A stretch of 64,000 bases of DNA. Source: an uncultured Alphaproteobacteria bacterium. GTDB lineage: Bacteria > Pseudomonadota > Alphaproteobacteria > Rhizobiales > Xanthobacteraceae. The notes beneath the pieces were generated by a model. That model worked only from the letters and a program-made list of their open reading frames with translations. It did no database searches and had not been told where the DNA came from. Location: positions 32,752 through 96,751 of the forward strand of contig CAWKNH010000012.1 in assembly GCA_963850855.1 (NCBI GenBank), read 5' to 3'. This document shows positions 51,901-60,900 of this stretch, in pieces. The position numbers were made by a program, and so were the translations under genes. Position 1 is the first letter of the stretch. The number at the start of each line of letters is the position of its first letter.

Positions 51901-52326
51901 GTGCTCGAAGCGCCGCCGGACGGCTGGTACGACACCGGCGACATCGTCACCATCGACGAGCAGGGCTACATCGCCATCAAGGGCCGCGCCAAGCGCTTCG
52001 CCAAGGTCGGCGGCGAGATGATCTCGCTCGCCGCCGTCGAGCTGCTGGCCGGCGAACTGTGGCCGAACAACATCTCCGCGGTGGCGGCATTGCCCGATCC
52101 GCGCAAGGGGGAGCGGCTCGTCCTGGTCACCGACAAGCACGGCGCGACGCGCAGCGATTTCCAGGTCTATGCGCGGAGCCAGCACGCCTCCGAGCTGATG
52201 CTGCCGGCGGAGATCATTGTGCTCGACAAGCTGCCGCTCCTCGGCTCGGGCAAGGTCGATTACCTGACCTTACAGAAATTCGTGCGCGATCAGGCGGCGG
52301 CGAAGGCCACCGTGGCGGCGGAGTGA
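48922..52326 (+). CDS. aas: Triple fusion: LplT-like MFS lysophospholipid transporter, PlsC-type acyltransferase, and acyl-ACP synthetase (Aas)
   Basis: 1134-aa track ORF. N-terminal ~400-aa MFS, acyltransferase motif NHVSFLD...FPEGRIT, and AMP-binding motif FTSGTEGTPKGV. Confidence 0.9.
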   Translation: MSLMTTRRFAPLFWCQFFSAFGDNFLKTALVFVILFEVAGANSAALVTLAGATLIVPFFFLSGLGGELADRYDKAFIARRLKFAEIGVATIAVAGFAFHSLIILFVAVFLYGTIASLFGPIKYGILPDHLARSELPAGNALVEGGTFLAILLGTIVAGIAARGGSDPIHFAWLMMVSAFACWIASRFIPPSGEGAPELVIKRNILASTGSLIKYVRADARLWWGSLVVSWFWLVGALVLSLLPTLVTFDIGGTEAVVTVFLTIFSVAVAVGSGLAAWLAAGRIILLPTLVGAALLGLFCLDLGWTVSAIVPAAHPIGIGEYFASRYSVHTAIDLAGVAIAGGLYIVPSFTAVQAWAGADRRARVVAAVNVLNAAFMVVGAIILAVLQKLGMSVAVLFALLGAANLVMAVIIGRTMPASWLNDFLSIVFRAFYHLEVKGLENVAKAGHNAIIALNHVSFLDPPLATAILPKRPVFAIDVAMARNWWIQPFLKFVRTMALDPLKPMAMRTIINAVRDGDMLVIFPEGRITVTGSLMKIYDGAALIADKSDAMVVPVRIDGPEVTVFSRLKKTQVNRKWFPKIKVTILEPMKLKVDPELKGRKRRQAAGAALYDIMSNLIFSTTSTDHTIVEGVIDAAKVHGRKWIAIEDPLSGQLTYKRLLQATAILGAKLMPLAAEGRAIGVMLPTSNGAVVTVLSLLSGGRVPAMINFTAGAANVLGACRAAQVDTILTARAFVEKARLENLIAHLEKQVRIVYLEDIRQTVTFADKLRGALRAKKPLVARKPDDWAVILFTSGTEGTPKGVVLSHRNVLANVAQVEARIDFGREDRLFMAMPVFHSFGFMGGIVLPLVSGVPTYLYPSPLHYRTVPELVYGICATYMFGTDTFLAGYARMANAYDFRSLRCIVAGAEPVKEATRRVYLEKFGLRILEGYGVTETSPVLALNTPMFNKFGTVGRLLPAMQARLEKVEGVDEGGRLFVKGPNVMLGYLRAEKPGVLEAPPDGWYDTGDIVTIDEQGYIAIKGRAKRFAKVGGEMISLAAVELLAGELWPNNISAVAALPDPRKGERLVLVTDKHGATRSDFQVYARSQHASELMLPAEIIVLDKLPLLGSGKVDYLTLQKFVRDQAAAKATVAAE

Positions 52327-52400
52327 ATTCTGGTTCGATATTCTGCCGGTCGGCCTGCTTGGAAATCTTTCAGTGGCGACTGACCGCGAGCGCGGCCGAT

Positions 52401-53582
52401 TTATTGCCGATGCCACATGGTCGGACCGCTGCTACCGGTGATTTCGACGTCGTGCGCGTCCACGGCCCGATAGGTTCCGCTATTGGATTGGCCGGTAACG
52501 GCCGAAATCGTGCGCCATTGCTGGTCGGAAGCGACACAATCGCCGTTGTCCTCCGCCCGCCCTTGGTAGTGGTAGGTGCCATTAGGATTGTTCTGGATCG
52601 TTAGCGTCCACGTCACGCCGCCTTGCACGGCCGTGGCGCGCCAGGTCCCGAGCATGACCGGATTGGCTGGGTCGATCGGAGCGGCCGGCTGCACCGGCCG
52701 GAATATGGCGACGCCCGTGGCACTTCTCACCTCGATCGCTGCATTGCCGACGGCGCGGTAGGTCCCGGTGCGCACGCGGCCGGTCCTGGCGTTGGAGGTG
52801 CGGTATTTGCCGCTGGCGGATTGGTAGGTGCCGTCCTCTTCCGCCGTCGTGACCAAGCGATAGCTTCCGCTCGGCTCGATGGAATAGATGAGGCGCCAAT
52901 CGTAATCGTCGACGACGCCCTCGTGTTCGAAGGTGCCGACCAGGACGGGATCAACGCTTGGCTTGACGGGCTGAGCTGCAGGCTGCGCGAGCGTCGACGG
53001 AGGCGCGGGAGCCTGCGGTCCCGGCGTCACCGCAACAAACCGCCAGAGTCCGATCGCACCTCCGGTCAACCCGAGACACGTCAATGCAATTGCGGCCGCT
53101 ACGCGGCCGTTTGCTCCGATCCACGATGCCGGAGAGCCGGAGACGATACTCGGCGAGACGATGCGCGGTGGCGCGGGATCGATCTGCAAAAGTGCTTTCA
53201 CGGTTTCGGCGAGCCGGCGCAGATGCGTCTCCAGCGGCGGCGTGAGCGCGTCGAGCCAATGGACGGTGCCGATGAAATATTCGAGCGATCGCGTGGGCGC
53301 GATGTCCTGGATGCGCAGGGGGATGATCGGGACCCCTTTGCTCACCGCCCGCTCGACCTCGCGCCGAATCTGCGGCGAGTCGTTGGCGTTTGCCGAGAAG
53401 ATCAGGATCAGCACGCGGCAATGGTTGATGCCTTCGATAATCGCCTCGCCCCATTCCGCACCCGGCACGATGTCGCGCGGCGCGATCCAACAGCGAATCC
53501 CGGACCCCTCCAGGGCGGCACAGGTGGCGTCTGCGGCTGCCTTGTCGTGGGTCGAGTAGCTGATGAATGCGTCGTGAGACAT
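52401..53582 (-). CDS. TIR-domain protein: N-terminal TIR, single TM helix, tandemly duplicated extracytoplasmic beta-rich module
   Basis: Track ORF 52401..53642. ATG 53580-53582 gives MSHDAFISYSTHDK... (an alternative ATG at 53642 adds 20 aa). TIR motifs FISYS, IRCWIAPRDI and LIFSANANDSPQIRREVE. TM at about aa 161-185. Repeats at aa 211-297 and aa 304-392. Confidence 0.85.
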   Translation of the reverse strand: MSHDAFISYSTHDKAAADATCAALEGSGIRCWIAPRDIVPGAEWGEAIIEGINHCRVLILIFSANANDSPQIRREVERAVSKGVPIIPLRIQDIAPTRSLEYFIGTVHWLDALTPPLETHLRRLAETVKALLQIDPAPPRIVSPSIVSGSPASWIGANGRVAAAIALTCLGLTGGAIGLWRFVAVTPGPQAPAPPSTLAQPAAQPVKPSVDPVLVGTFEHEGVVDDYDWRLIYSIEPSGSYRLVTTAEEDGTYQSASGKYRTSNARTGRVRTGTYRAVGNAAIEVRSATGVAIFRPVQPAAPIDPANPVMLGTWRATAVQGGVTWTLTIQNNPNGTYHYQGRAEDNGDCVASDQQWRTISAVTGQSNSGTYRAVDAHDVEITGSSGPTMWHRQ

Positions 53583-53645
53583 TTGGTGTGACGGAATGGT
53601 CGCGAACCCGACGAGCCGATGCTGCCGGCAAGTATCTCGCATATT

Positions 53646-54857
53646 TTAGCAAATGATTCCTTGCGCGCGCAGTTCGACGATCCGCTCCTCGCTGACGCCT
53701 TGCTCGCGCAAGATCGCCTCGCTGTGCTCGCCGATTAGCGGCGCCGGCGTGGCGTGCTGCTTTTCCACGCCGGCGATCCACATCGGGCTGCTGACGGTGT
53801 AACCGCCGCCGCTCAACGGCACGATCACCCCGTTGCCGTGCATTTGCCGGTCGTGGAGCGCGTCGCTCGGCCGGGCCACCATGGCCACCACGAAGCCTTT
53901 CGACTCGAGAAGACGCATCCAGTCCTCGGCATTGCGTTGCAGAAAAAGCTCATCGAGCAGGGCCAGCAGGGCGCCGGCATTCCTGAACCGGGCCGGCCGG
54001 TCGATGAAGCGCGGGTCTTCGGCGAGGTCCGGCCGCCCGATGGTTTCGGCAAAGACCGACCAAAGCCGCGGGTCCTGGGCGACACCGATCGCGAGCAGGA
54101 GCCAGCGATCGTCGCGGCAGCGGTAGTGGTTGGAGAGCGCATTGAGCGCTTCGCTGCGCGGCGGCCGTGGGATGAAGCGGGCTCCGTCGAGGCCGGCCTG
54201 GATGAAGCAGGCATTGGCCCAAGCGCCGTTCGCCATCAGCGAACTGCCGACCTCGGCGCCTTTGCCGGTGCGCTCGCGCTGGAACAGCGCGGTGACGATC
54301 GCGCCATAAAGGGCGAGCGCCGTCGGATGGTCGCCCATGCCGGGCACGGATCGCGCCGGCAGGCTCTGCGCGTCCGGGCGCACCTGGTCCATCAGGCCGG
54401 AGCGCGCCCACCAGGCCGTGGAGTCAAAGCCCGGCTTGTTCGCCTCGGCGCCGTGTTCGCCATAGGCGGTGAGCGACGCATAGATCAGGCGCTCGTTGAG
54501 ATGCGAAAGCTGGTCGAAGGCGATGCCGAGGCGGCGCCGGACCGGCGGCGGATGGTTGGTGATGAACACGTCGGCGCCGAGGACGAGATCGTGGACGATC
54601 TTCCGCGCCTCCGGACGTTTGAGATCGAGCGCCAGGCTGCGCTTGTTGCGGGCGTCGACCGTCCAGCAATAGTCCTTCTCGCTCACCGGCATGCCGGGCT
54701 GAAAGGAAAGGTTGCGGAAGGCATCGCCGGTGCCGGGGGGCTCGATCTTGATCACCTCCGCGCCGAAATCGGCCATGATGGTTGCTGCTGCGGGCGCCGC
54801 AATGAAGCTCGCCGCATCGAGCACCTTGAGCCCGGAGAAAATGCCTGGCTTGCTCAC
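53646..54857 (-). CDS. Family-III CoA-transferase (CaiB/BaiF-like)
   Basis: Track ORF 53646..54959. GTG 54855-54857 behind GGGAGGGA. N-terminal ...GLKVLDAASFIAAPAAATIMADFGAEVIKIEPP... Confidence 0.85.
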   Translation of the reverse strand: MSKPGIFSGLKVLDAASFIAAPAAATIMADFGAEVIKIEPPGTGDAFRNLSFQPGMPVSEKDYCWTVDARNKRSLALDLKRPEARKIVHDLVLGADVFITNHPPPVRRRLGIAFDQLSHLNERLIYASLTAYGEHGAEANKPGFDSTAWWARSGLMDQVRPDAQSLPARSVPGMGDHPTALALYGAIVTALFQRERTGKGAEVGSSLMANGAWANACFIQAGLDGARFIPRPPRSEALNALSNHYRCRDDRWLLLAIGVAQDPRLWSVFAETIGRPDLAEDPRFIDRPARFRNAGALLALLDELFLQRNAEDWMRLLESKGFVVAMVARPSDALHDRQMHGNGVIVPLSGGGYTVSSPMWIAGVEKQHATPAPLIGEHSEAILREQGVSEERIVELRAQGIIC

Positions 54858-54901
54858 GCGAAGGTCCCTCCCTGATCGGCGGAACATTCCATGAGCCGGC
54901 A

Positions 54902-55990
54902 TTATCCGGCAAGCGCGGATCGCTGCGTTGGCTGCCGCCGCGTGATCCGCCACTCCCAAGCCGGATCGCCGCGATCGCGCCGGCCGGCGACTTCCACGCG
55001 CAGCCAGCGGTCATGCGCGAGCGCCGCTCCGACCCACAGCTCGTTCCATGCATCGAAAACGGGCGGCGCAAGATCGTCACGCTCTTCCATCAACCGCCAC
55101 GTGGTCTGTCGCACCGTCCAGCTCTCGCCGCTGCCGCTTACCGATGCGTCGTCGCCTTGCGCCCGGGCGAGCCGCGCCAGATACGCCGCGAATCCCTCAG
55201 CGCCTGGAGCGATGCCGCCGAGAAGCGCCGTGGTGTCATCGAACATCTGCATGCCGATCTGCCGTGCGGCCAGTCCGACGACAGCGCCTCCGTCGGTCGG
55301 CCCGAGCACCGCGATTGCTTCCGGCAAGCTCGAGGTGACGTATTCCATGGCATAGTTGCGCAGCACCTTCTGCAGCCGCGCCGCCGGCCAGCTCTCGGTG
55401 GGCAGGCGCGGGGTGTCTTCGGCGCGAAAAGGCGGACACTCCTCGCCGGGCGAGAACTGCAGTCGTTCCTCCGGCGCCAGATCGCGGTCCCATTCCTTGT
55501 AATAGCCTTCGAGGCCGGGCTGGCCGTCGACGGTTTGCCCGGTGCACACGAAGCCGAGCCGCGGATTTCCGAGCACGACGCCATTGTTGCCGTGCCAGCC
55601 TCCGAGCATGGCGCGCGAGACCTCGGTCGGGATGCCGCAGACCGCCGTGCCCGACCAGATCCAACGCGGCGGCGGATAGCGGACCCAGGCCTTGCGGTCG
55701 CTCTCATAAGCATATTCGACCTTCACGCCGCCGACCTGGTTCGACAGGTAGTGGTATTGCGCGCAGGCGACGGCGTGCGGCAGCCGGTCGAGGCCGAGCT
55801 TCTTCAGCCCCGGCAGGAAGCGGGCAAGCTGCTGGCGGCGAAACGTGCGAAACACCACTTCGGCCGCCTGAGCTTTGCCGGCCCGGGTGACGAGCGCGAG
55901 AATGAGGCCGGTCAGGTAGGCGTGATAGATCGTGGCGACGGCCGCATAGGCTGCGGTGTCGTCAACTTTGGCGGTTCCGGCTGCGGACAT
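54902..55990 (-). CDS. Hypothetical protein (362 aa), no family recognised
   Basis: Track ORF with ATG behind GAGGGA. High third-position GC and non-repetitive composition consistent with real coding. 44 nt upstream of the CoA-transferase and divergent from the gctA-like gene. Confidence 0.7.
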   Translation of the reverse strand: MSAAGTAKVDDTAAYAAVATIYHAYLTGLILALVTRAGKAQAAEVVFRTFRRQQLARFLPGLKKLGLDRLPHAVACAQYHYLSNQVGGVKVEYAYESDRKAWVRYPPPRWIWSGTAVCGIPTEVSRAMLGGWHGNNGVVLGNPRLGFVCTGQTVDGQPGLEGYYKEWDRDLAPEERLQFSPGEECPPFRAEDTPRLPTESWPAARLQKVLRNYAMEYVTSSLPEAIAVLGPTDGGAVVGLAARQIGMQMFDDTTALLGGIAPGAEGFAAYLARLARAQGDDASVSGSGESWTVRQTTWRLMEERDDLAPPVFDAWNELWVGAALAHDRWLRVEVAGRRDRGDPAWEWRITRRQPTQRSALAG

Positions 55991-56152
55991 GGCGGCGCTC
56001 CCTCGATTGGATCATTGTGCCACGGCGCGGCCGCATGCGATCAAATTCGCCACCCCCGGGCGGTGATGAAATGCGGCGCGGCCACCGGCTACTGCGGCCT
56101 TGCGTCGCCTTCTGCCGGCCGTCATGCTTGGTGAAGCGGAAGAGGAAGACCC

Positions 56153-56971
56153 ATGGCTGAGATCGTTTCGCTCGAGACGCTGGCTGCGCAAGTGCGTCGC
56201 GGGATGCGCCTCGCGGTGCCCGCCGATTATTGCGGCGTCGCCATGACGGCGACTGCCGCGATCATCGCCCACCGGCCGGAGAACCTGCATCTCGTCTGCG
56301 TGCCGGTTACCGGCATGCAGGGCGACATGCTGATCGGCGAAGGCCTTGTCGGCGTGCTCGAGACCAGCGCTGTCACCTTGGGCGAGGCCGGCGGCGCGCC
56401 GCGGTTCACCGAGGGCGTGCGCCAAGCCGCCTTCCGGCTCATGGACGCGACCTGTCCCGCCATCCATTCCGGCCTCATCGCCGCACAGAAGGGCGTGCCG
56501 TTCCTGCCGATCCGCGGCATCATTGGCAGCGATCTCCTGAAGACCCGCACCGATTGGAAGATCATCGACAATCCCTTCGCCGCCGACGATCCGATTGTCG
56601 TCGTGCCGGCGATCCATCCCGACATTGCGCTGTTCCATGCGCCCGAGGCGGATCGCTTCGGTAATGTCCGCATCGGCCGGCGGCGCGAGCTCCTCACCAT
56701 GGCGCATGCCGCGAAGGCGACGCTGGTCACGGTCGAGCGGCTGAGCGAGAACTCGCTGCTGGGCGATGAGGATTCGGCGGCCGGCGTCCTGCCGGCGCTC
56801 TATGTCGATAAGATCGCGGTTGCTCCGCGCGGCGCCTGGCCGCTCGGCCTGTGGGGCGAATATCCAGCCGACAGCGCCGAGATCGCGCGCTATGCCGCCA
56901 TGGCGCGCACGCTCGAAGGCTTCGCCGCCTATATGGACGGCTTTTCGCGCCGCGTCGCCGAAGCGGCATGA
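56153..56971 (+). CDS. CoA-transferase subunit A (glutaconate/3-oxoacid CoA-transferase family I)
   Basis: 272-aa track ORF with ATG behind GAAGAGGAAG. Family-I alpha-subunit pattern (...FHAPEADRFGNVRIG...). Confidence 0.75.
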   Translation: MAEIVSLETLAAQVRRGMRLAVPADYCGVAMTATAAIIAHRPENLHLVCVPVTGMQGDMLIGEGLVGVLETSAVTLGEAGGAPRFTEGVRQAAFRLMDATCPAIHSGLIAAQKGVPFLPIRGIIGSDLLKTRTDWKIIDNPFAADDPIVVVPAIHPDIALFHAPEADRFGNVRIGRRRELLTMAHAAKATLVTVERLSENSLLGDEDSAAGVLPALYVDKIAVAPRGAWPLGLWGEYPADSAEIARYAAMARTLEGFAAYMDGFSRRVAEAA

Positions 56972-57756
56972 GCGCGCCGGGCGGCATGAGCGCGCCTGGC
57001 GGCATGGCGCCGGACTATTCCTCCCGCGAGCTTCTGATCGTAACCATCGCCGGGCTGCTCGACGGGGTTCGCCACGTCGCCGTCGGCGCTTCTTCCCCGA
57101 TCCCCGCCGCCGGCGCCATGCTGCTGCGGGCGCGCAACGAAATGAGCGGGCGGGAAGCCGTGCGCATTTCCATCCTCGGCTCGCAGGAGCACAATTTCTT
57201 CACCAATGGCGGCGCCGAAGTGTTCGACTGCGCCGCGCAGGGCCGCATCGACGCATTCTTTCTCGGCGGCGGCCAGATCGACGGTCAGGCGAATATCAAT
57301 CTCGTCGGCACCGGCGATTATCCGACCAATGAGGTGCGCTGGCCCGGCTGCTTCGGTTCGGCCTTTCTGTATTTCCTGGTGCCGCGCGTCATCCTGTTCC
57401 GCGAAGAGCATTCGCCGCGCGTGTTCGTGGAGAAGGTCGATTACATCAGCGCGCCGGGTACGAGCGAAGGCGTCGCGCGAACGGGCGGCCCTTATGCGCT
57501 GTTGACCGGCATGGCGCTCTTTTCCTTCGATCCGGCGCGCAAGCGATTTGCCTTGCGCAGCGTGCACGCCGGCGCGACCGCGGCCGTGGTGCGCGCCAAC
57601 ACCGGCTTCGGCTACGATGCGCCGGCCGATCCGCCGCAGACCAAAGCGCCGGACGAGGCGACGCTGACAATTCTGCGCGGCCGCGTGACGCAAGAGCTGG
57701 CCGAGACCTATCCGCAATTCGCGCAGCTTTTGCGCAGCGAACGCGCCGCCGCATAG
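56968..57756 (+). CDS. CoA-transferase subunit B (family I)
   Basis: Last 262 codons of track ORF 56851..57756. The ATG overlaps the subunit A stop (ATGA). ...LLIVTIAGLL...VAVGASSPIP... and ...GGGQIDGQANINLVG... Confidence 0.75.
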   Translation: MSAPGGMSAPGGMAPDYSSRELLIVTIAGLLDGVRHVAVGASSPIPAAGAMLLRARNEMSGREAVRISILGSQEHNFFTNGGAEVFDCAAQGRIDAFFLGGGQIDGQANINLVGTGDYPTNEVRWPGCFGSAFLYFLVPRVILFREEHSPRVFVEKVDYISAPGTSEGVARTGGPYALLTGMALFSFDPARKRFALRSVHAGATAAVVRANTGFGYDAPADPPQTKAPDEATLTILRGRVTQELAETYPQFAQLLRSERAAA

Positions 57757-57992
57757 ACGCAATCGGTGCCGGCGTCGAGAAATGAAATCGTTGAATCGAT
57801 TGAGCAGATAAATCTAGCGGTTGCTTGCCGAATTTATTTTCCCTCCGAGAGTTAGGCGACATTAGAGCGTGTCTGTCGCGACTGCGACGCGGCTTCGACA
57901 TCAGAACGACATACTTGTCGCTCAACCTCAGATTTCATTTCGACATTCTGCGTATTGGTCACTGCAAATGTTCTCATCCGGGGGGCTCAACC

Positions 57993-60900
57993 ATGGGATC
58001 GAGCGGCATTTCGGCGGAGCTATATCTTTGCGTTAACGGCAATTCTGAAATCAAAAGCGCGCGGGGTGCGTCGTCGGCATCCTCGTGCATCGTCGGTTTG
58101 ACGGTCCTCGGGGCCTGCTGCATCGGTTTCGTGTCAAGCGGGCAGGCGGACGTCTACATCAACGACAGATATCCGATCAGCAATCCCGCCCGCGGCGGGA
58201 ATTCGCTCTCGCCGCCGCACATCGCGGCGACGAATGAATGCTCGACGCACGTCTACGTCGATTCGTTCATCCCGAAGGCGACGATTCGCGTCTATCTCAA
58301 CGGCACGACGACGATCATCGGCAGCGCCACGCCGCAAACCGGATTTGCCGCGATCCCGCTGTCACAGCAATTGCAGGTCGGCGACAAGGTCACCGCGACG
58401 CAGACCGTCAACGGCGTGGTCAGCGCGCCGTCGGCTGCGGCGGTCATCGACGACATGCCGAAAATCTTGCCGAAGCCGACCGTTGATCCGAACATCTATG
58501 CGTGCGGGCGCATTGTGCCGGTGCGCGGCCTCCTTTCCGGGGTCACCGTGCAGGTCACGGATGAAACGGCGCATGCGCCGCTCGGGTCGGGATCGACGCC
58601 GAACCTTTGGGGCAGCGACTGGGGTCCGATCGGCACCACGCCGCTCGCCGCCGGCCATCAAGTCACCGCCACGCAGACGGCGTGCAAAGGAAAGCCCAGC
58701 GACGCTTCCGCGCCGGCGACCGTCATGGGCGACCCGATGCCGATGGTCAGCCCGAAACTCGTGCCGCCGGTGGTCGGCAACGACACGCTCACCGTCGACA
58801 GCGTCTATACCGGCGCCGACCTCGCAGCCGTGAATATCGCGGTCAACCCGCCGGCGTCGCTCGGCGGCGGATTCGCCACTTCGCCCAATGTCTGGATGGA
58901 GCTGGCGCAGCCGCTGACCGCGACCGAGGACATCACCGTTGCCGAGAAGCTGTGCAGCAACGATACGGCCAAGTCGACGCCGGAAAAGCCGGTCGCCACA
59001 TTGACTCCTCCCGTGCTGCTCGGACCGATCTGCCCGGATCAGGCCGACGTCAAGGTGAGCGGCACGACACTAAACGCCACGCTCGTCCTCCTCAAGAACG
59101 GCTCGATCGTCGGCTATGGCGGTGCGGCGCCGGGCGACGCCGTTCTCGACGTCGCTCCGCCCAACGCGTTCGCGGTCGGCGACAAGGTCAGCGTGGTCGA
59201 GTACATCGGCACGATCGTTGCGCATAGCTCGAATATCGTCACGGTGAACTGCGCCGCGCAGAACGTCGTGACCCAGCACAACGACAATGCGCGCCAGGGA
59301 GCTCAGCTGCACGAGACCAAACTAACGCCGAGTACGGTCAGCGGTCCGAATTTCGGCCTGCTCTACGATCGCCACGTGCTGGGGACGTTGTTGGCGCAAC
59401 CGCTTTACGTGCACGGCGTGAATATCAAGAACGAGATCAGAAACGTGATCTTTGCCGCGACCGCGGCGGACATCGTCTACGCATTCGATGCCGACGACGT
59501 CTCCGCCGACACCACGACAAGCGTGAACGGATACGACAACAACGGCAATTTGGTCCCGCTCCCGGAATCGACAAAATGGCTCTGGCGCGCTTCGCTCGGG
59601 ACGCCGCACGTCGGGGACATCTGCGGAGAGACGGTGCCGCCGATCGTCGGCATTACCAGCGCGCCGGTGATCGACGTGAGCGCCGGCGTCATGTACGTCG
59701 TCGCGCGCGACCAGCACGACGAGCACGGCATGGGCCACGATTACCTGCATGCGCTCGACATCGAGACCGGCCACGACCTGCGCAACCGTCAGGTCAAAGC
59801 GACCGATCCGGTGCATGGCTTCGTATTCAACGACGCATGTCAGCGCCAGCGCCCGGCGCTGCTTCTGCAGAACGGCGTGGTCTATCTCGGTTACGGGACC
59901 TATACGTGCGACGCCGCTTGTTCCAGCACCGAGCCCTACCGAGGTTGGATCCTGGGCTTCCGTGCGACCGACTTCGCGCCCGCCGGCGCGTTCACAAACT
60001 CGCAAAGCTACGGCGAGGGCGGAATGGGTGTATGGGCGTCCGGCAACGGTCTCGCCGGCAGCGATGACGGCTCGATCTTCTACCAAACCGGAAACGACAT
60101 AGACTCGAGCCTCGCCGTGCTCGGCGATTCGTTCGTCAAGCTGCACGGCGACGGAAAGACGCTGTCGATGACGTCGCACTATCAGCCGCCGGCCGCGGAC
60201 GATTACCGGGCGGGCGATACGGATCTCGGTGCCGGCGGTCCCATGCTGCTGCCGAACGGCAAACTCATCGGCGGCGGCAAGGACGGCATGTTTTTCACCC
60301 TGTCGCAGAGCGATCTGAGTTCGAAGCCGGCGAGCTTTCAGGCTTTCTTCAATACGTTCCACCTGCCGACTCCCGGCACGGCGGGTCTCGATCCCAGCGA
60401 TTCTCTCATTCCCAATCCCTATTACAATTCACCCACGACTTATTCCGCCAAATGTCCGCCCGCGAGCGTCTTTGGCGTCGCCGACGAAGGGCAGCCCTGT
60501 TACATCGACGTCGCCGACTACAAGAACGGCGAGTCGTTCGGACCCAACATCCATTTGGGTCCGGTGTTCTGGCGCGATTCCGACAAGCACGGCTTTGTCT
60601 ACAAGATGGCCGAGAAGGACTATCTCAAAGCGTTCGACTACGACATCGGCGCGGGAACGGTCAGCGGGAAGCCCGCGGCGGTCGCCACCGTGCGGCCGGC
60701 CAAAGACGGCATGCCCGGCGGCTTCAGCTCCATCTCAGCCAATGGGCGCTCGCACGGTATCGTCTGGACCGTCGTGCAGCAGGCCAACGGCATGTTTGGC
60801 GCTCCGACGCCGGCGCTTCTCTACGCCAACGATGCGACAAATCTGAAAGAACTCTGGAACAACGACAAGGACCGCGTCGCGCTCGCCAAGTTCACGGCGC

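Noticed and set aside
48877-52185. 1102-aa minus-strand ORF antisense to the LplT/acyltransferase/Aas fusion gene
   Set aside because: Same shadow-ORF signature (R/G/A/D/H-rich, no motifs). The + strand frame carries clear MFS, PlsC and AMP-binding motifs.
52401-53582. Canonical Thoeris/CBASS/Pycsar-type TIR defence system
   Set aside because: No SIR2/Macro (ThsA), cyclase, SAVED, STING or other known partner gene lies within the neighbourhood. The neighbours are metabolic. It is kept as an orphan or novel-context TIR rather than assigned to a named system.
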